Of a DNA stretch of 63,561 nucleotides, positions 45,719-55,449 are shown piece by piece. How positions within the stretch are numbered: the first letter of the stretch is position 1; the number at the start of each line of letters is the position of its first letter. Source of the DNA: Candidatus Eiseniibacteriota bacterium (GTDB taxonomy: Bacteria > Eisenbacteria > RBG-16-71-46 > SZUA-252); contig DATJGP010000173.1 in assembly GCA_035494915.1 (NCBI GenBank), positions 1-63,561 of the forward strand, written 5' to 3'. The translations under genes and the position numbers were made by a program. The notes under the pieces are model-generated. The model was not told where the DNA came from and did not search any database. It saw only the letters and a list, made by a program, of their open reading frames with translations.

Positions 45719-47169
45719 ACCGCTCCGGCGGAATTCCCTGGATGACCGTCGAGGACGTCCTCGCCGCGACCGGCGGCACCTTGAAGCGGGGCGCGGCCGG
45801 AACGGGGCTCACCTTCCGGGGCTGCGCGATCGACAGCCGCACGATCCATGAGGAGGAGCTCTTCGTTCCGCTCCCCGGATCGAACGTGGACGGACACGCG
45901 TTCGTCGCGTCCGCGCTCGAGGGGCGCGCGGCGGGAAGCCTCGTCGCGCGCGGCGCCACGTGGAGCGCGGGGTCGGCTCCTTCGCCGAAGCCTGTGATCG
46001 AGGTGGCGGACGTGCTCCAGGCGCTCCAGGCGATCGGCCGGCACTGCCGCGAGCGCTCGGGCGTGCCCACGGTCGCGGTGACCGGCTCGAACGGGAAAAC
46101 GACCACGAAGGAGATGACCGCCGCCGTGCTCGGCGCGCGGCTCCAGGTGCACCGGAATGTGGGGAATCTGAACAATCACATCGGCGTGCCGCTCACCCTC
46201 TCGCACCTGACGCCGGAGCACCAGGTCCTCGTGATCGAGATGGGGATGAGCGCGCGGGGCGAGATCGCGTTTCTCGCGTCGCTCGCGAGGCCCGACGTCG
46301 GCGTGATCACGAATGCCTCCGCGGCGCATCTCGAGCAGCTGGGATCGGTCGAGGAGATCGCGCGGGCCAAGAGCGAGCTCGCCGAGGCCCTCCGGCCCGA
46401 CGGGCTCCTGGTCGTGAACGCCGATGACGCGCTACTCTGGGCGATGAACCGCGGCCGTCCCACGACGGTGCGCGGCTATGCTCTCGACAACCGGGACGCG
46501 GATCTCAGGCCGGACTCGGTGACGGAGAGCGGCGACGGCGGCACCCGGTTCATCCTGCCCGACGGAACGGAGGTCACCCTGGCACTCCTCGGACGCCACA
46601 ACGTGAGAAACGCGCTCGCGGCGATCCTGGTCGGCGATCGCTTCGGCATTCCGCGCGGCGAGGCGGCGCGCGCGCTCGGCGCGCTCCGTCCGCCCAAGCA
46701 CCGGCTCGAGCGAGTCACGACGCCCGTCGGGGTGCACGTGATCGACGACGCGTACAACGCGAACCCCGCGTCGATGAAGGCGGCGCTGGCCCTGCTCGCC
46801 TCCATGGACGCGCGCGGCGCACGGCGCGCGGTGCTCGGCGACATGCTCGAGCTTGGCCCTGAATCGGCGCGGCTCCACGAGGACGTGGGGCGCGCGGTGC
46901 CCCGGGACGGCTGGCTCTACGCGGCCGGCGGGCACGCGGCCGATCTGGAGCGCGGCGCGCGCTCCGCGGGCGTGGATCCCGCGCGCATCCGGCGCTTCGA
47001 GGACGTGCCCGCGATGGCGCATGCGGTGGCGGCGGACGCGCGCGCGGGAGACCTCGTCCTCGTGAAGGCGTCGCGCGGCATGCGGCTCGAGCGGGTGGTG
47101 GAGGCGCTCATGGGCGCCTCCGGATCGGGGCGCGGCGCGGCGTCGCCGGCTCCGGCGGGACGGGCCTGA
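45715..47169 (+). CDS. murF: UDP-N-acetylmuramoyl-tripeptide--D-alanyl-D-alanine ligase
   Basis: IDSRTI…LFVPLPG.NVDGH, VTGSNGKTTTKEM and DAYNANPASM motifs. GTGA overlap with murE (an alternative ATG is at 45742). Confidence 0.9.
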   Translation: MNRSGGIPWMTVEDVLAATGGTLKRGAAGTGLTFRGCAIDSRTIHEEELFVPLPGSNVDGHAFVASALEGRAAGSLVARGATWSAGSAPSPKPVIEVADVLQALQAIGRHCRERSGVPTVAVTGSNGKTTTKEMTAAVLGARLQVHRNVGNLNNHIGVPLTLSHLTPEHQVLVIEMGMSARGEIAFLASLARPDVGVITNASAAHLEQLGSVEEIARAKSELAEALRPDGLLVVNADDALLWAMNRGRPTTVRGYALDNRDADLRPDSVTESGDGGTRFILPDGTEVTLALLGRHNVRNALAAILVGDRFGIPRGEAARALGALRPPKHRLERVTTPVGVHVIDDAYNANPASMKAALALLASMDARGARRAVLGDMLELGPESARLHEDVGRAVPRDGWLYAAGGHAADLERGARSAGVDPARIRRFEDVPAMAHAVAADARAGDLVLVKASRGMRLERVVEALMGASGSGRGAASPAPAGRA

Positions 47170-48257
47170 TGCTCTATCACTTCCTCTATCCGCTCCACGT
47201 CTACTTCACGCCGCTGAACGTTTTCCGCTACATCACGTTTCGCTCGGCGTACGCGCTCGCGACCGCGCTCGTCATCGCGCTCGTGCTCGGGCCTCCGGTG
47301 ATCAAGAAGCTGCGCGAGCTCAAGATCGGGCAGAAGGTGCGCGACGACGGACCGCAGAGCCATCTCCCGAAAGCGGGCACCCCGACCATGGGCGGGATCC
47401 TGATCGTGATCGCGATCCTGATCTCCACGCTCCTCTGGGGGAACCTCGGCAATCGAAACGTGCTGATCGCGCTCGTCGCGACGCTCTGGATGGGCGCGGT
47501 CGGCTTCATCGACGACTACCTGCGCGTGGTGAAGCACTACCGGAAAGGACTCCTCGGCCGGTACAAGCTGGCGGGGCAGATCCTCCTCGGCATCGGCATC
47601 TTCGTCGCGGTCTACTTCTATCCTTCGCCGGGCATCCTCAATCCCGGGGAAACCAACATTCCGTTCCTCAAGGAGACGGTGATCCACCTGGGCTGGCTCT
47701 ACCTTCCCTTCGTGGTCCTGGTCGTGACCGGCGCGTCCAACGCCGTGAACCTGGCCGACGGTCTGGACGGTCTGGCCGCCGGGCTCACCGCGTTCGCCGC
47801 GGTCGCGCTCGGCGGGATGTGCTACATCACCGGCCACGTGAAGTTCTCGGGCTACCTGCAGGTGCCCTACATCGCCGACACGGGGGAGCTGACGGTCTTC
47901 TGCGCGGCGGTCATCGGCGCGACGCTCGGCTTTCTCTGGTGGAACTGCCACCCCGCGGACGTCTTCATGGGGGACACGGGCTCGCTCTCGCTCGGCGCCG
48001 CGCTCGGCACGGTGGCGGTGCTCATCCGGCGCGAGTTCCTCCTCGCGGTCATCTGCGCCGTGTTCGTGGCCGAGGCGCTCTCGGTCATGGCGCAGGTCCT
48101 CTCGTTCAAGATCATGGGGAGACGCATCCTCCGAATGGCGCCGCTCCACCACCATTTCGAGCTGTCGGGCTGGAAGGAGTCGCGCGTGGTGGTCCGCTTC
48201 TGGATCGCCGCCGCGCTCGCCGCGCTCGTCAGCCTGAGCACGATCAAGCTCCAATGA
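47169..48257 (+). CDS. mraY: phospho-N-acetylmuramoyl-pentapeptide transferase
   Basis: 10-TM protein with KAGTPTMGG, NAVNLADGLDGLA and MGDTGSLSLGA motifs. Confidence 0.95.
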   Translation: MLYHFLYPLHVYFTPLNVFRYITFRSAYALATALVIALVLGPPVIKKLRELKIGQKVRDDGPQSHLPKAGTPTMGGILIVIAILISTLLWGNLGNRNVLIALVATLWMGAVGFIDDYLRVVKHYRKGLLGRYKLAGQILLGIGIFVAVYFYPSPGILNPGETNIPFLKETVIHLGWLYLPFVVLVVTGASNAVNLADGLDGLAAGLTAFAAVALGGMCYITGHVKFSGYLQVPYIADTGELTVFCAAVIGATLGFLWWNCHPADVFMGDTGSLSLGAALGTVAVLIRREFLLAVICAVFVAEALSVMAQVLSFKIMGRRILRMAPLHHHFELSGWKESRVVVRFWIAAALAALVSLSTIKLQ

Positions 48258-49651
48258 CGACCGCCGCTCGCACTTCCGCCCCGTGGTTCGCCGGCGCGCG
48301 CGCGCTCGTCGTGGGCGTGGCGCGGAGCGGCTCGGCGGCCGCGCGCCTCCTCCTCCGGCACGGCGCGAGCGTGCGCGCCATCGACCGCCGCCGTCGCGAC
48401 GAGATCGCGGGGGATGCGGCGGAGCTCGAGGGGCGCGGCGTCGAGGTGCGCTACGGCACGATGGACGCATCCGCGCTGGAGGGGTGCGATCTCGTGGTCA
48501 CGAGCCCCGGCGTCCCCGCCGACCTCCCGCTCTTCCTGGAGGCGGCCAAGCGCGGGATCCCGGTCGCGCCGGAGCTCGAGCTGGGCTTCGCGGTGGCGCG
48601 CGCGCCGATCATCGCCGTGACGGGGACCAACGGGAAGTCGACGACGGTGGAGCTCCTGGGCGCGATCGGCCGGAACGCCGGCAAGCGGACCGAGGTGCTC
48701 GGCAATATCGGGACCGCGCTTTCGGAGCGTGCGGAGGAGGTGCCCGAGGACGGCTGGCTCGTGGTCGAGGTGTCGAGCTTCCAGCTCGAGCTCTGCACGC
48801 GCTTCCGGCCCCACGTGGGCGTGCTCCTCAACGTCACCCCCGACCATCTCGACCGCCACGGATCGATGGAGCGCTACGCCGAGATCAAGGCGCGGCTCTT
48901 CGCGTTCCAGAACGAGCACGATTTCCGCGTGCAGCCGCTCGGTGATTCCCGCCTCACGCGCCTGCTCGAGCCGATGCGCTCGTCGGCGATCTGGTTCGGC
49001 TTCGCCGACCCGACGGGGGACGGCGTGTGGGAAGAGAAGGGCACGCTCCAGTTCCGCTTCCAGGGGCGCGAGGGGATGATCGTGAAGCGCGGGGACGCGC
49101 TCCTCCGCGGGCCGCACAACACGGAGAACATCTGCGCCGCCGCCGGCGCCGCGCTCGCGGCCGACGTCTCGGAGAAGGTCGTCGCGAAGACGCTCAAGGA
49201 GTTCCGCGGCCTTCCGCACCGGCTCACGCTGGTCGCGGAGATCGAGGGCGTGCGGTACATCAACGACTCCAAGGCCACGAACGTCGACGCGATGAAGCGC
49301 GCGCTCGAATCGTTCACGGAGCCGATCACCTTGATTGCGGGAGGACGGGACAAGGACGGGGACTTCGGGGCCATCGCGTCCCTGGTTCACGAGCGGGTCC
49401 AGCACGCCGTTTACGTCGGGGAAGCGACGTCCAAGCTCGAGCGCGCCTTCAGCCAGGTGCCAGGGACGCGGGCGAAGACCCTCGAGGAAGCGGTCGGGCT
49501 GGCCCGGTCCCACGCGACCCCAGGAGGGGTCGTCCTCCTCTCTCCCGGCTGCGCGAGCTTCGACATGTTCCGGAACTTCGAGGAGCGCGGCGCGCGCTTC
49601 GAAGCGGCGGTGATGGAGCTGAAGCGCTCGATCGAGCGGGGGCGTCGATGA
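48254..49651 (+). CDS. murD: UDP-N-acetylmuramoylalanine--D-glutamate ligase
   Basis: VVGVARSG Rossmann-like N-terminus, VTGTNGKSTT, NDSKATN. ATGA overlap with mraY. Confidence 0.9.
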   Translation: MTTAARTSAPWFAGARALVVGVARSGSAAARLLLRHGASVRAIDRRRRDEIAGDAAELEGRGVEVRYGTMDASALEGCDLVVTSPGVPADLPLFLEAAKRGIPVAPELELGFAVARAPIIAVTGTNGKSTTVELLGAIGRNAGKRTEVLGNIGTALSERAEEVPEDGWLVVEVSSFQLELCTRFRPHVGVLLNVTPDHLDRHGSMERYAEIKARLFAFQNEHDFRVQPLGDSRLTRLLEPMRSSAIWFGFADPTGDGVWEEKGTLQFRFQGREGMIVKRGDALLRGPHNTENICAAAGAALAADVSEKVVAKTLKEFRGLPHRLTLVAEIEGVRYINDSKATNVDAMKRALESFTEPITLIAGGRDKDGDFGAIASLVHERVQHAVYVGEATSKLERAFSQVPGTRAKTLEEAVGLARSHATPGGVVLLSPGCASFDMFRNFEERGARFEAAVMELKRSIERGRR

Positions 49652-50814
49652 GCCAGCTCGCGGTCCCGCGGATCGACCGCACGCTCCTTCTCACCGTGGC
49701 CGCGCTCACCGCGCTCGGCATCGTGATGGTCTACTCGTCGAGCGCGTTCCTCGGCGCGGAGCGGTTCCAGTCGGAGTACTTCTTCCTCAAGCGGCACGTC
49801 GTCCGCGTGGCCCTGGGGCTCGCGCTCCTCTTCGTCCTGGCCCGGGTCGACTATCACATCTACGCGCGCTTCGCACCCTGGGCGTTCGGGGGGAGCGTGG
49901 CGCTCCTCATCGTGCTCGTGGCGCTCGGGGGCGAAGGCATCCGGGGCGCCAATCGCTGGCTCTCGCTCGCGACCATCAACATCCAGCCGACCGAGTTCGC
50001 GCGCGTGGCGTGCGTGGTCTATCTCGCCCGCCTCCTGGACCGGAAAGGGGACCGCATGTCCTCGTTCCGGGACGGCGTGCTCCCGGCCGTCCTCACGCTC
50101 GGCCTCCTCTCGGTCCTGATCCTGCTCCAGCCGAACCTCGGGAGCACCATCGCGCTCCTCACCACCGGGTTCGTGATGCTGCACCTGGCGGGGGCCAGGA
50201 CGCGCCACCTGGGCCTCCTCGTTCTCTGCGGCGTGGTCGCGGCGTGGGTGCAGGTTCTGCGCCACCCGTATATGATGGAGCGGGTCGTGGCGTGGCGCGG
50301 GCTTTGGGGAGGGTCGGTGGAAGCCCTCGGCCGGAACTGGCAGCTATCGCAATCGATCCTCGCGCTCGGGTCCGGGGGTGTCCTCGGGACCGGGCCGGGG
50401 CACGGGCTCCAGAAGGTCTTCTTCCTTCCGGATCCCCATACGGATTTCATCTTCGCCGTGATCGGCGAGGAGCTCGGCTTCGTGGGAACCGCCCTCGTGC
50501 TGGCGGCGTACCTCGCGCTCTTCCTCCGCGGTCTCAAGATCGCGGGATCGGCGCCGGACCGCTTCGGCTTTCTCCTGGCCGCCGGGCTCACCGTGAACCT
50601 GTCCGTCTATGTCGCCATGAACATCGCGGTCGTGACCGGCGTGATTCCCACCACCGGCCTTCCGCTTCCGTTCCTCAGCTACGGGGGCTCGGCCCTCGTC
50701 GTGAACCTGGGAGTCATCGGTGTCCTACTCAACATCGCGAGTCAGATGGAATCCGGCATCCGAGCACGCACGTTCGACGCCCCAATCGGAAACCGGCGAC
50801 CAGGTGGCCGATAG
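49648..50814 (+). CDS. ftsW: SEDS-family peptidoglycan glycosyltransferase FtsW
   Basis: Polytopic SEDS protein (VMVYSSS, QPTEFARV, DFIFAVIGEELGF, LPFLSYGGS). ATGA overlap with murD. Confidence 0.9.
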   Translation: MSQLAVPRIDRTLLLTVAALTALGIVMVYSSSAFLGAERFQSEYFFLKRHVVRVALGLALLFVLARVDYHIYARFAPWAFGGSVALLIVLVALGGEGIRGANRWLSLATINIQPTEFARVACVVYLARLLDRKGDRMSSFRDGVLPAVLTLGLLSVLILLQPNLGSTIALLTTGFVMLHLAGARTRHLGLLVLCGVVAAWVQVLRHPYMMERVVAWRGLWGGSVEALGRNWQLSQSILALGSGGVLGTGPGHGLQKVFFLPDPHTDFIFAVIGEELGFVGTALVLAAYLALFLRGLKIAGSAPDRFGFLLAAGLTVNLSVYVAMNIAVVTGVIPTTGLPLPFLSYGGSALVVNLGVIGVLLNIASQMESGIRARTFDAPIGNRRPGGR

Positions 50815-51940
50815 CGCGGTCCCCGTGCGCCTCCTCGTGGCGGCCGGAGGAACCGGCGGCCACGTCTATCCGGGAATCGCCATTGCCGAGGAATGGATGC
50901 GCCTGCACCCCGATTCGCAGGTGACGTTCGTGGGCACGGCCCGGGGCGTGGAAGCCAAGGCCGTTCCTGCGGCCGGCTTCGCGTTTCGTCCCATCGAAGC
51001 CCGCGGCTTTCCGCGCAGTCCGTCGCCCGCGGCGGTCGGTTCGCTCTGGTCGTTCGTGCGAGGCTTCTCGCAGATGGCCGGGATCATCAAGGAAGTGAAG
51101 CCGCACGTGATCGTCGCGACCGGCGGTTACGTGAGCGGTCCCGCGGCGGTCTGGGCGCGGCTCCTCTCGATCCCGCTCGTGCTGCAGGAGCAGAACTCGG
51201 TGCCGGGCGCCGCGAACCGGTGGCTCAGCCTGATCGCGAGCCAGGTGCACATCAGCTTCGTCGAGTCGCGGAACTACTTCCGCCGGAAGAACCACCTCAA
51301 GGTGACCGGCAATCCGATCCGCCGCTCGCTCCTGCTCCAGGACAAGGCGAGCGCGTACGAGGCGCTCGGGCTCGACCCGTCGCGCCGCACGCTCCTCGTG
51401 TTCGGCGGGAGCCGCGGCGCGGCGAGCATCAATCGCGCCGTGGCCGGCGCGCTCCCGGCGCTCGCGCGGGTGCCCTCGCTCCAGGTGCTCTGGCAGACCG
51501 GCTCCGAGGACGAGGCGGCCATGATGGAGGCGAGCCGGACCGCGCCTTACCCGGTGCGTGTGCGCGCGTACGTGGATCGCATGGAAGAGGCGTACGCGGT
51601 CGCGGATCTCGCGATCTGCCGCGCGGGGGCGATGACGATCACGGAGCTGACCGCCTGCGGCGTGCCGGCGATCCTGATCCCGTATCCGCACGCGGCGCGC
51701 GACCACCAGACGCAGAACGCGCGCGGCCTCGTGGATCGCGGCGCTGCGGAGATGATGGAGGACAAGAATCTCGACCCCGCGGAGGTGGCGTCGCGGGTCG
51801 AGACGCTCTTCCGGCAGGAGCCGAGGCTTCGCCGGATGGCGCGCAACGCACGCGCGTTCGCGCGCACCAACGCCGCCGAGAAGATCGCGCATTCGATCGA
51901 AGCGCTGGCCGGGCTCTCGGGCCCGGTCGACGAGAGCTAG
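50804..51940 (+). CDS. murG: UDP-N-acetylglucosamine--N-acetylmuramyl-(pentapeptide) pyrophosphoryl-undecaprenol N-acetylglucosamine transferase
   Basis: AAGGTGGHVYP, GGSRGA, RAGAMTITEL and HQTQNA motifs. The start is either GTG 50804 or GTG 50825. The track's ATG 50720 would overlap ftsW by 95 nt. Confidence 0.9.
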   Translation: MADSAVPVRLLVAAGGTGGHVYPGIAIAEEWMRLHPDSQVTFVGTARGVEAKAVPAAGFAFRPIEARGFPRSPSPAAVGSLWSFVRGFSQMAGIIKEVKPHVIVATGGYVSGPAAVWARLLSIPLVLQEQNSVPGAANRWLSLIASQVHISFVESRNYFRRKNHLKVTGNPIRRSLLLQDKASAYEALGLDPSRRTLLVFGGSRGAASINRAVAGALPALARVPSLQVLWQTGSEDEAAMMEASRTAPYPVRVRAYVDRMEEAYAVADLAICRAGAMTITELTACGVPAILIPYPHAARDHQTQNARGLVDRGAAEMMEDKNLDPAEVASRVETLFRQEPRLRRMARNARAFARTNAAEKIAHSIEALAGLSGPVDES

Positions 51941-51945
51941 GAAGG

Positions 51946-53313
51946 ATGTACGGACGGATCCGCCGGATCCATCTGGTGGGCATCGGGGGCAGTGGGATGA
52001 GCGGGATCGCGGAAGTCCTCTTGAACCTCGGCTACGAGGTCTCGGGCTCCGACGTCAAGGAGAGCGAGGCGGTGAGCCGGCTGCGCGGCCTCGGCGCGCG
52101 CGTCGCCGGAAGCCACGCCGCGGCCAACGTCGAAGGCGTGGACGTGGTGGTCGCATCCACGGCGATCGCCGCGGGCAATCCCGAGGTGGATCGCGCGCAC
52201 GCGCTCGGCATTCCGGTGATCCCGCGCGCCGAGATGCTCGCCGAGCTCATGCGCATCAAGGTCTCCGTGGCGGTGGCGGGGGCTCACGGGAAGACCACCA
52301 CGACCTCGATGGTGGGCGACATCCTCGCGCGCGGCGACCTCGATCCGACCGTCATCGTGGGCGGGCGGCTCAAGGCGGTCGGCGCGAACGCGCGGCTCGG
52401 CCGGGGCCCCTTCCTCGTGGCCGAGGCGGACGAGAGTGACGGCTCCTTCCTCCTCCTCTCGCCGACGATCGCGGTCGTCACCAATATCGATCTCGAGCAT
52501 CTCGATCACTACAAGGACCTGGACGACATCCGGGGCGCCTTCCTTCGCTTCGCGAATCGCGTCCCGTTCTACGGCACCGTCATCTTCCCCGCCGACGACC
52601 CCAACGCCGCGATGATCCGCGCCGACGTGCATCGCCGCGTGGTCACCTACGGCTTCGAGCACGAGGCCGAGTTCCGCGGCCACGACCTCGAGGTCGGCCG
52701 GCGGGGCGCGCGCTTCCGCGTCGTCGTCCGCGGCCAGGAGCAGGGGTGGATCGATCTTCAAGTGGCGGGTGTGCACAACGCGCGGAACGCGCTGGCCGCC
52801 GCCGCCGCGGCGTGGGAGCTCTCGGTTCCCTTCGAGACCATCCAGGCTGGGCTCCGCGACTTCGCCGGCGTGGGCCGCCGTCTCGAAGCGCGCGGCCAGG
52901 TGAAGGGCGCGCCCTGGGTCGACGACTACGCGCACCATCCGACCGAGATCGAAGCGGCGCTCGGCGCGCTCCGCGCCGCGCACGGCCGCCCCATCGTCGC
53001 CGTGTTCCAGCCGCATCGCTACACGCGCACGCAGGCGCTTCTCGACCGTTTCTCGACCTGCTTCCATGGGGTGGAGACGCTCGTGCTCCTGCCCATCTAT
53101 CCGGCGGGAGAGGCGCCCATTCAGGGCGTGTCGTCGGAGCGGCTCGCGAACGCGGTGGCCGCCGCCGGCGGGCCGCGCGTCGTGCTCGCGCACTCGTTTG
53201 CCGAAGCCGCGGAGTCCGCGGCCGAGGCGCTCGGCCCCGAGGGACTCCTCGCCACGATCGGGGCCGGCGACGTCTATCGAATCGGCGAGATGATCCGGGG
53301 AGGTGGGGGATGA
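51946..53313 (+). CDS. murC: UDP-N-acetylmuramate--L-alanine ligase
   Basis: HLVGIGGSGMSGIAEVL, AGAHGKTTTTSM and DDYAHHPTEI motifs. GGAAGGA SD before ATG 51946. Confidence 0.93.
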   Translation: MYGRIRRIHLVGIGGSGMSGIAEVLLNLGYEVSGSDVKESEAVSRLRGLGARVAGSHAAANVEGVDVVVASTAIAAGNPEVDRAHALGIPVIPRAEMLAELMRIKVSVAVAGAHGKTTTTSMVGDILARGDLDPTVIVGGRLKAVGANARLGRGPFLVAEADESDGSFLLLSPTIAVVTNIDLEHLDHYKDLDDIRGAFLRFANRVPFYGTVIFPADDPNAAMIRADVHRRVVTYGFEHEAEFRGHDLEVGRRGARFRVVVRGQEQGWIDLQVAGVHNARNALAAAAAAWELSVPFETIQAGLRDFAGVGRRLEARGQVKGAPWVDDYAHHPTEIEAALGALRAAHGRPIVAVFQPHRYTRTQALLDRFSTCFHGVETLVLLPIYPAGEAPIQGVSSERLANAVAAAGGPRVVLAHSFAEAAESAAEALGPEGLLATIGAGDVYRIGEMIRGGGG

Positions 53314-54146
53314 GAGCGGGGTACGCGGGACTTCCGACTTACAAGCGTCCGGCGCGGAGACGGAGGAACCGCCGCATCCTCCTTCTCGGCCTGATGCTGC
53401 TCCTGACCACGCTGGCGGCGCCCTTTCTCGCCCAGCCGTGCGAGCGCGCGCTCGGCGTGATCCCGTTCTTCCGCGCCGAACGGATCGAGGTCACGGGACT
53501 CCTCTATCTCTCCCCCGACGAGGTCCGCTCGTGGATCCCGGTGCGGGAGCGGGAGAACCTCCTCCTCATCCATCCGGACGAGGTCGCGTCCGCGCTCGCG
53601 CTCCACCCGCGGATCGCCAGCGCGCGTGTGTCGCGGCACCCGGGGCGCCTGCGGATCGACGTCACCGAGCGGCGCACGTTCCTCCTGGTGAACGCGGGCA
53701 CGCTCCTCGAGGTGGACCAGTCGGGAACGATCCTCTCGCCGCTCGACCGGGGGCTCGTGGCCGACCGTCCGGTTCTCTCGGGGGTTCCGTTCCCGACGGT
53801 GAAGCCGGGCGCGCGGGTGACGACGGCGCGCCTGCGGGACATCCTCCATCTCGTGGAGGTGCTCGAGTCGCCCGAGGTGGGGCTCGTGTCCGATGTGTCC
53901 GAGGTCGTCTCGGAGGATCCGCATCGGGCGATCCTGCGCCTCTCGCGGGATCACATCCCGGTCACGGTCGACCCGGAGCGCGCGACGGTCGCGTCCATGC
54001 GGGCGCTTTCCGCCGCGCTCCGGGACCTCCGCGAGCGGGAGCGGCACGTGCTCTCCGTCGACGCGCGGTATCGGGGACAGGTCGTGGTGCGTTGCGCGCC
54101 CGAAGACAGCCTGAGCGCGGCCCTGCCGCCGCGCGGAACCACCTAG
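53310..54146 (+). CDS. ftsQ: cell division protein FtsQ/DivIB (POTRA domain)
   Basis: Basic N-terminus, one TM helix (ILLLGLMLLLTTLAAPFLA), a POTRA-like segment (IEVTGLLYLSPDEVRSWI) and a position between murC and ftsA. ATGA overlap with murC. Confidence 0.8.
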   Translation: MRAGYAGLPTYKRPARRRRNRRILLLGLMLLLTTLAAPFLAQPCERALGVIPFFRAERIEVTGLLYLSPDEVRSWIPVRERENLLLIHPDEVASALALHPRIASARVSRHPGRLRIDVTERRTFLLVNAGTLLEVDQSGTILSPLDRGLVADRPVLSGVPFPTVKPGARVTTARLRDILHLVEVLESPEVGLVSDVSEVVSEDPHRAILRLSRDHIPVTVDPERATVASMRALSAALRDLRERERHVLSVDARYRGQVVVRCAPEDSLSAALPPRGTT

Positions 54147-54156
54147 GGGGGCGGAC

Positions 54157-55383
54157 ATGGCGGACGGACCCATTTATGCGGGACTCGACATCGGGACCAC
54201 CAAGATCACGGCGATCGTGGCGGAGGCGGACGGTGACGCAATCCGGATCATCGGCGTCGGAAGCGCACCTTCGGACGGACTGAAGCGGGGCGTGGTGGTG
54301 AACCTGGAGCGCACGGTGCGCTCCATCCAGCACGCCGTCCAGGAGGCCGAGCGGATCGCGGGGCGGAGCGTGAAGAGCGTCTCCGCGGGCATCGCCGGGG
54401 ACCACATCCGCGGCATCAACAGCCGCGGCGTGATCGCGGTCTCGCGCAAGGACTCGGAGATCCGCGCCGTGGACGTGGCGCGCGTCGTGGAGGCCGCGAA
54501 GGCGGTCGCGATCCCCGCGGACCGCGAGATCCTCCACGTGCTCCCACAGCAGTACGTGGTCGACGACCAGGACGGAATCCGCGATCCAACCGGTATGTCG
54601 GGCGTCCGGCTCGAGGCGGAGGTGCACATCATCACGGGCGCGGCCAGCGCCTGCCGGAACGTGCTGCGTGCCGCGGAGCGCGCGGGACTCCAGGTGGATG
54701 AGCTCGTGCTCGAGCCACTGGCGTCCGCGGCGGCGGTGCTCCGGCCCGACGAGAAGGACCTCGGCGTCGCTATTTTGGATATTGGAGGCGGAACCACTGA
54801 CATTGCTGTTTTCTACGAGGGCTCGGTGAGGCACACTGCGGTCATCGGACTCGGCGGCGCCAACGTGACGAACGATCTCGCGATCGGTCTCCGAACGCCG
54901 GTCGAGCGCGCCGAGCAGCTGAAGCTCGACGCAGGATGCGCGCTCACCTCGATGGTGCGACCGGACGAGACGGTGCGCGTGCCGAGCGTGGGCGGGCGGC
55001 CCGATCGCGACATCTCGCGGCACATGCTCGCGATGATGATCGAGCCGCGCGTCGAGGAGATCTTCGCGCACGCGAACAAGGAGATTCGAAAGAACCACAT
55101 GGGCGCCGAGCTCCTGGGCGGCGGTGTGGTCCTGACGGGAGGCGCCTCGCTCCTTGCGGGGATGACGGAGCTGGCCGAGCAGGTGTTCGATCTGCCGGTC
55201 CGGCGCGGCGCCCCGATGGGGTTCTCGGGACACGAGGAGACGGTTTCGGATCCGCGGTACGCGACCGGCGTCGGGCTGGCCATGTACGCCTACCAGAACG
55301 ACGGCGGCCGCCGCGTCGCGGACGGCAACTGGATGGGCCGCATCGGTGTCGGAATTCGTCGCTGGATCGAAGAGCTGGTTTAG
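54157..55383 (+). CDS. ftsA: cell division protein FtsA
   Basis: Actin-fold motifs GLDIGTTKI, ILDIGGGTTDIAVF and VVLTGGASLLAG. Confidence 0.95.
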   Translation: MADGPIYAGLDIGTTKITAIVAEADGDAIRIIGVGSAPSDGLKRGVVVNLERTVRSIQHAVQEAERIAGRSVKSVSAGIAGDHIRGINSRGVIAVSRKDSEIRAVDVARVVEAAKAVAIPADREILHVLPQQYVVDDQDGIRDPTGMSGVRLEAEVHIITGAASACRNVLRAAERAGLQVDELVLEPLASAAAVLRPDEKDLGVAILDIGGGTTDIAVFYEGSVRHTAVIGLGGANVTNDLAIGLRTPVERAEQLKLDAGCALTSMVRPDETVRVPSVGGRPDRDISRHMLAMMIEPRVEEIFAHANKEIRKNHMGAELLGGGVVLTGGASLLAGMTELAEQVFDLPVRRGAPMGFSGHEETVSDPRYATGVGLAMYAYQNDGGRRVADGNWMGRIGVGIRRWIEELV

Positions 55384-55432
55384 GAGGGTCGGGTACCGCT
55401 AGAGCTGGTTTGGGAAGACCGGCGTAACCGCT
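55371..55432 (+). repeat. imperfect tandem duplication (30 + 32 nt) spanning the ftsA stop codon
   Basis: AGAGCTGGTTTAGGAGGGTCGGGTACCGCT / AGAGCTGGTTTGGGAAGACCGGCGTAACCGCT. The first 11 nt are identical, and the ftsA TAG in copy 1 reads TGG in copy 2. Confidence 0.7.
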
Positions 55433-55449
55433 GCACAGGGAGGAATGAC

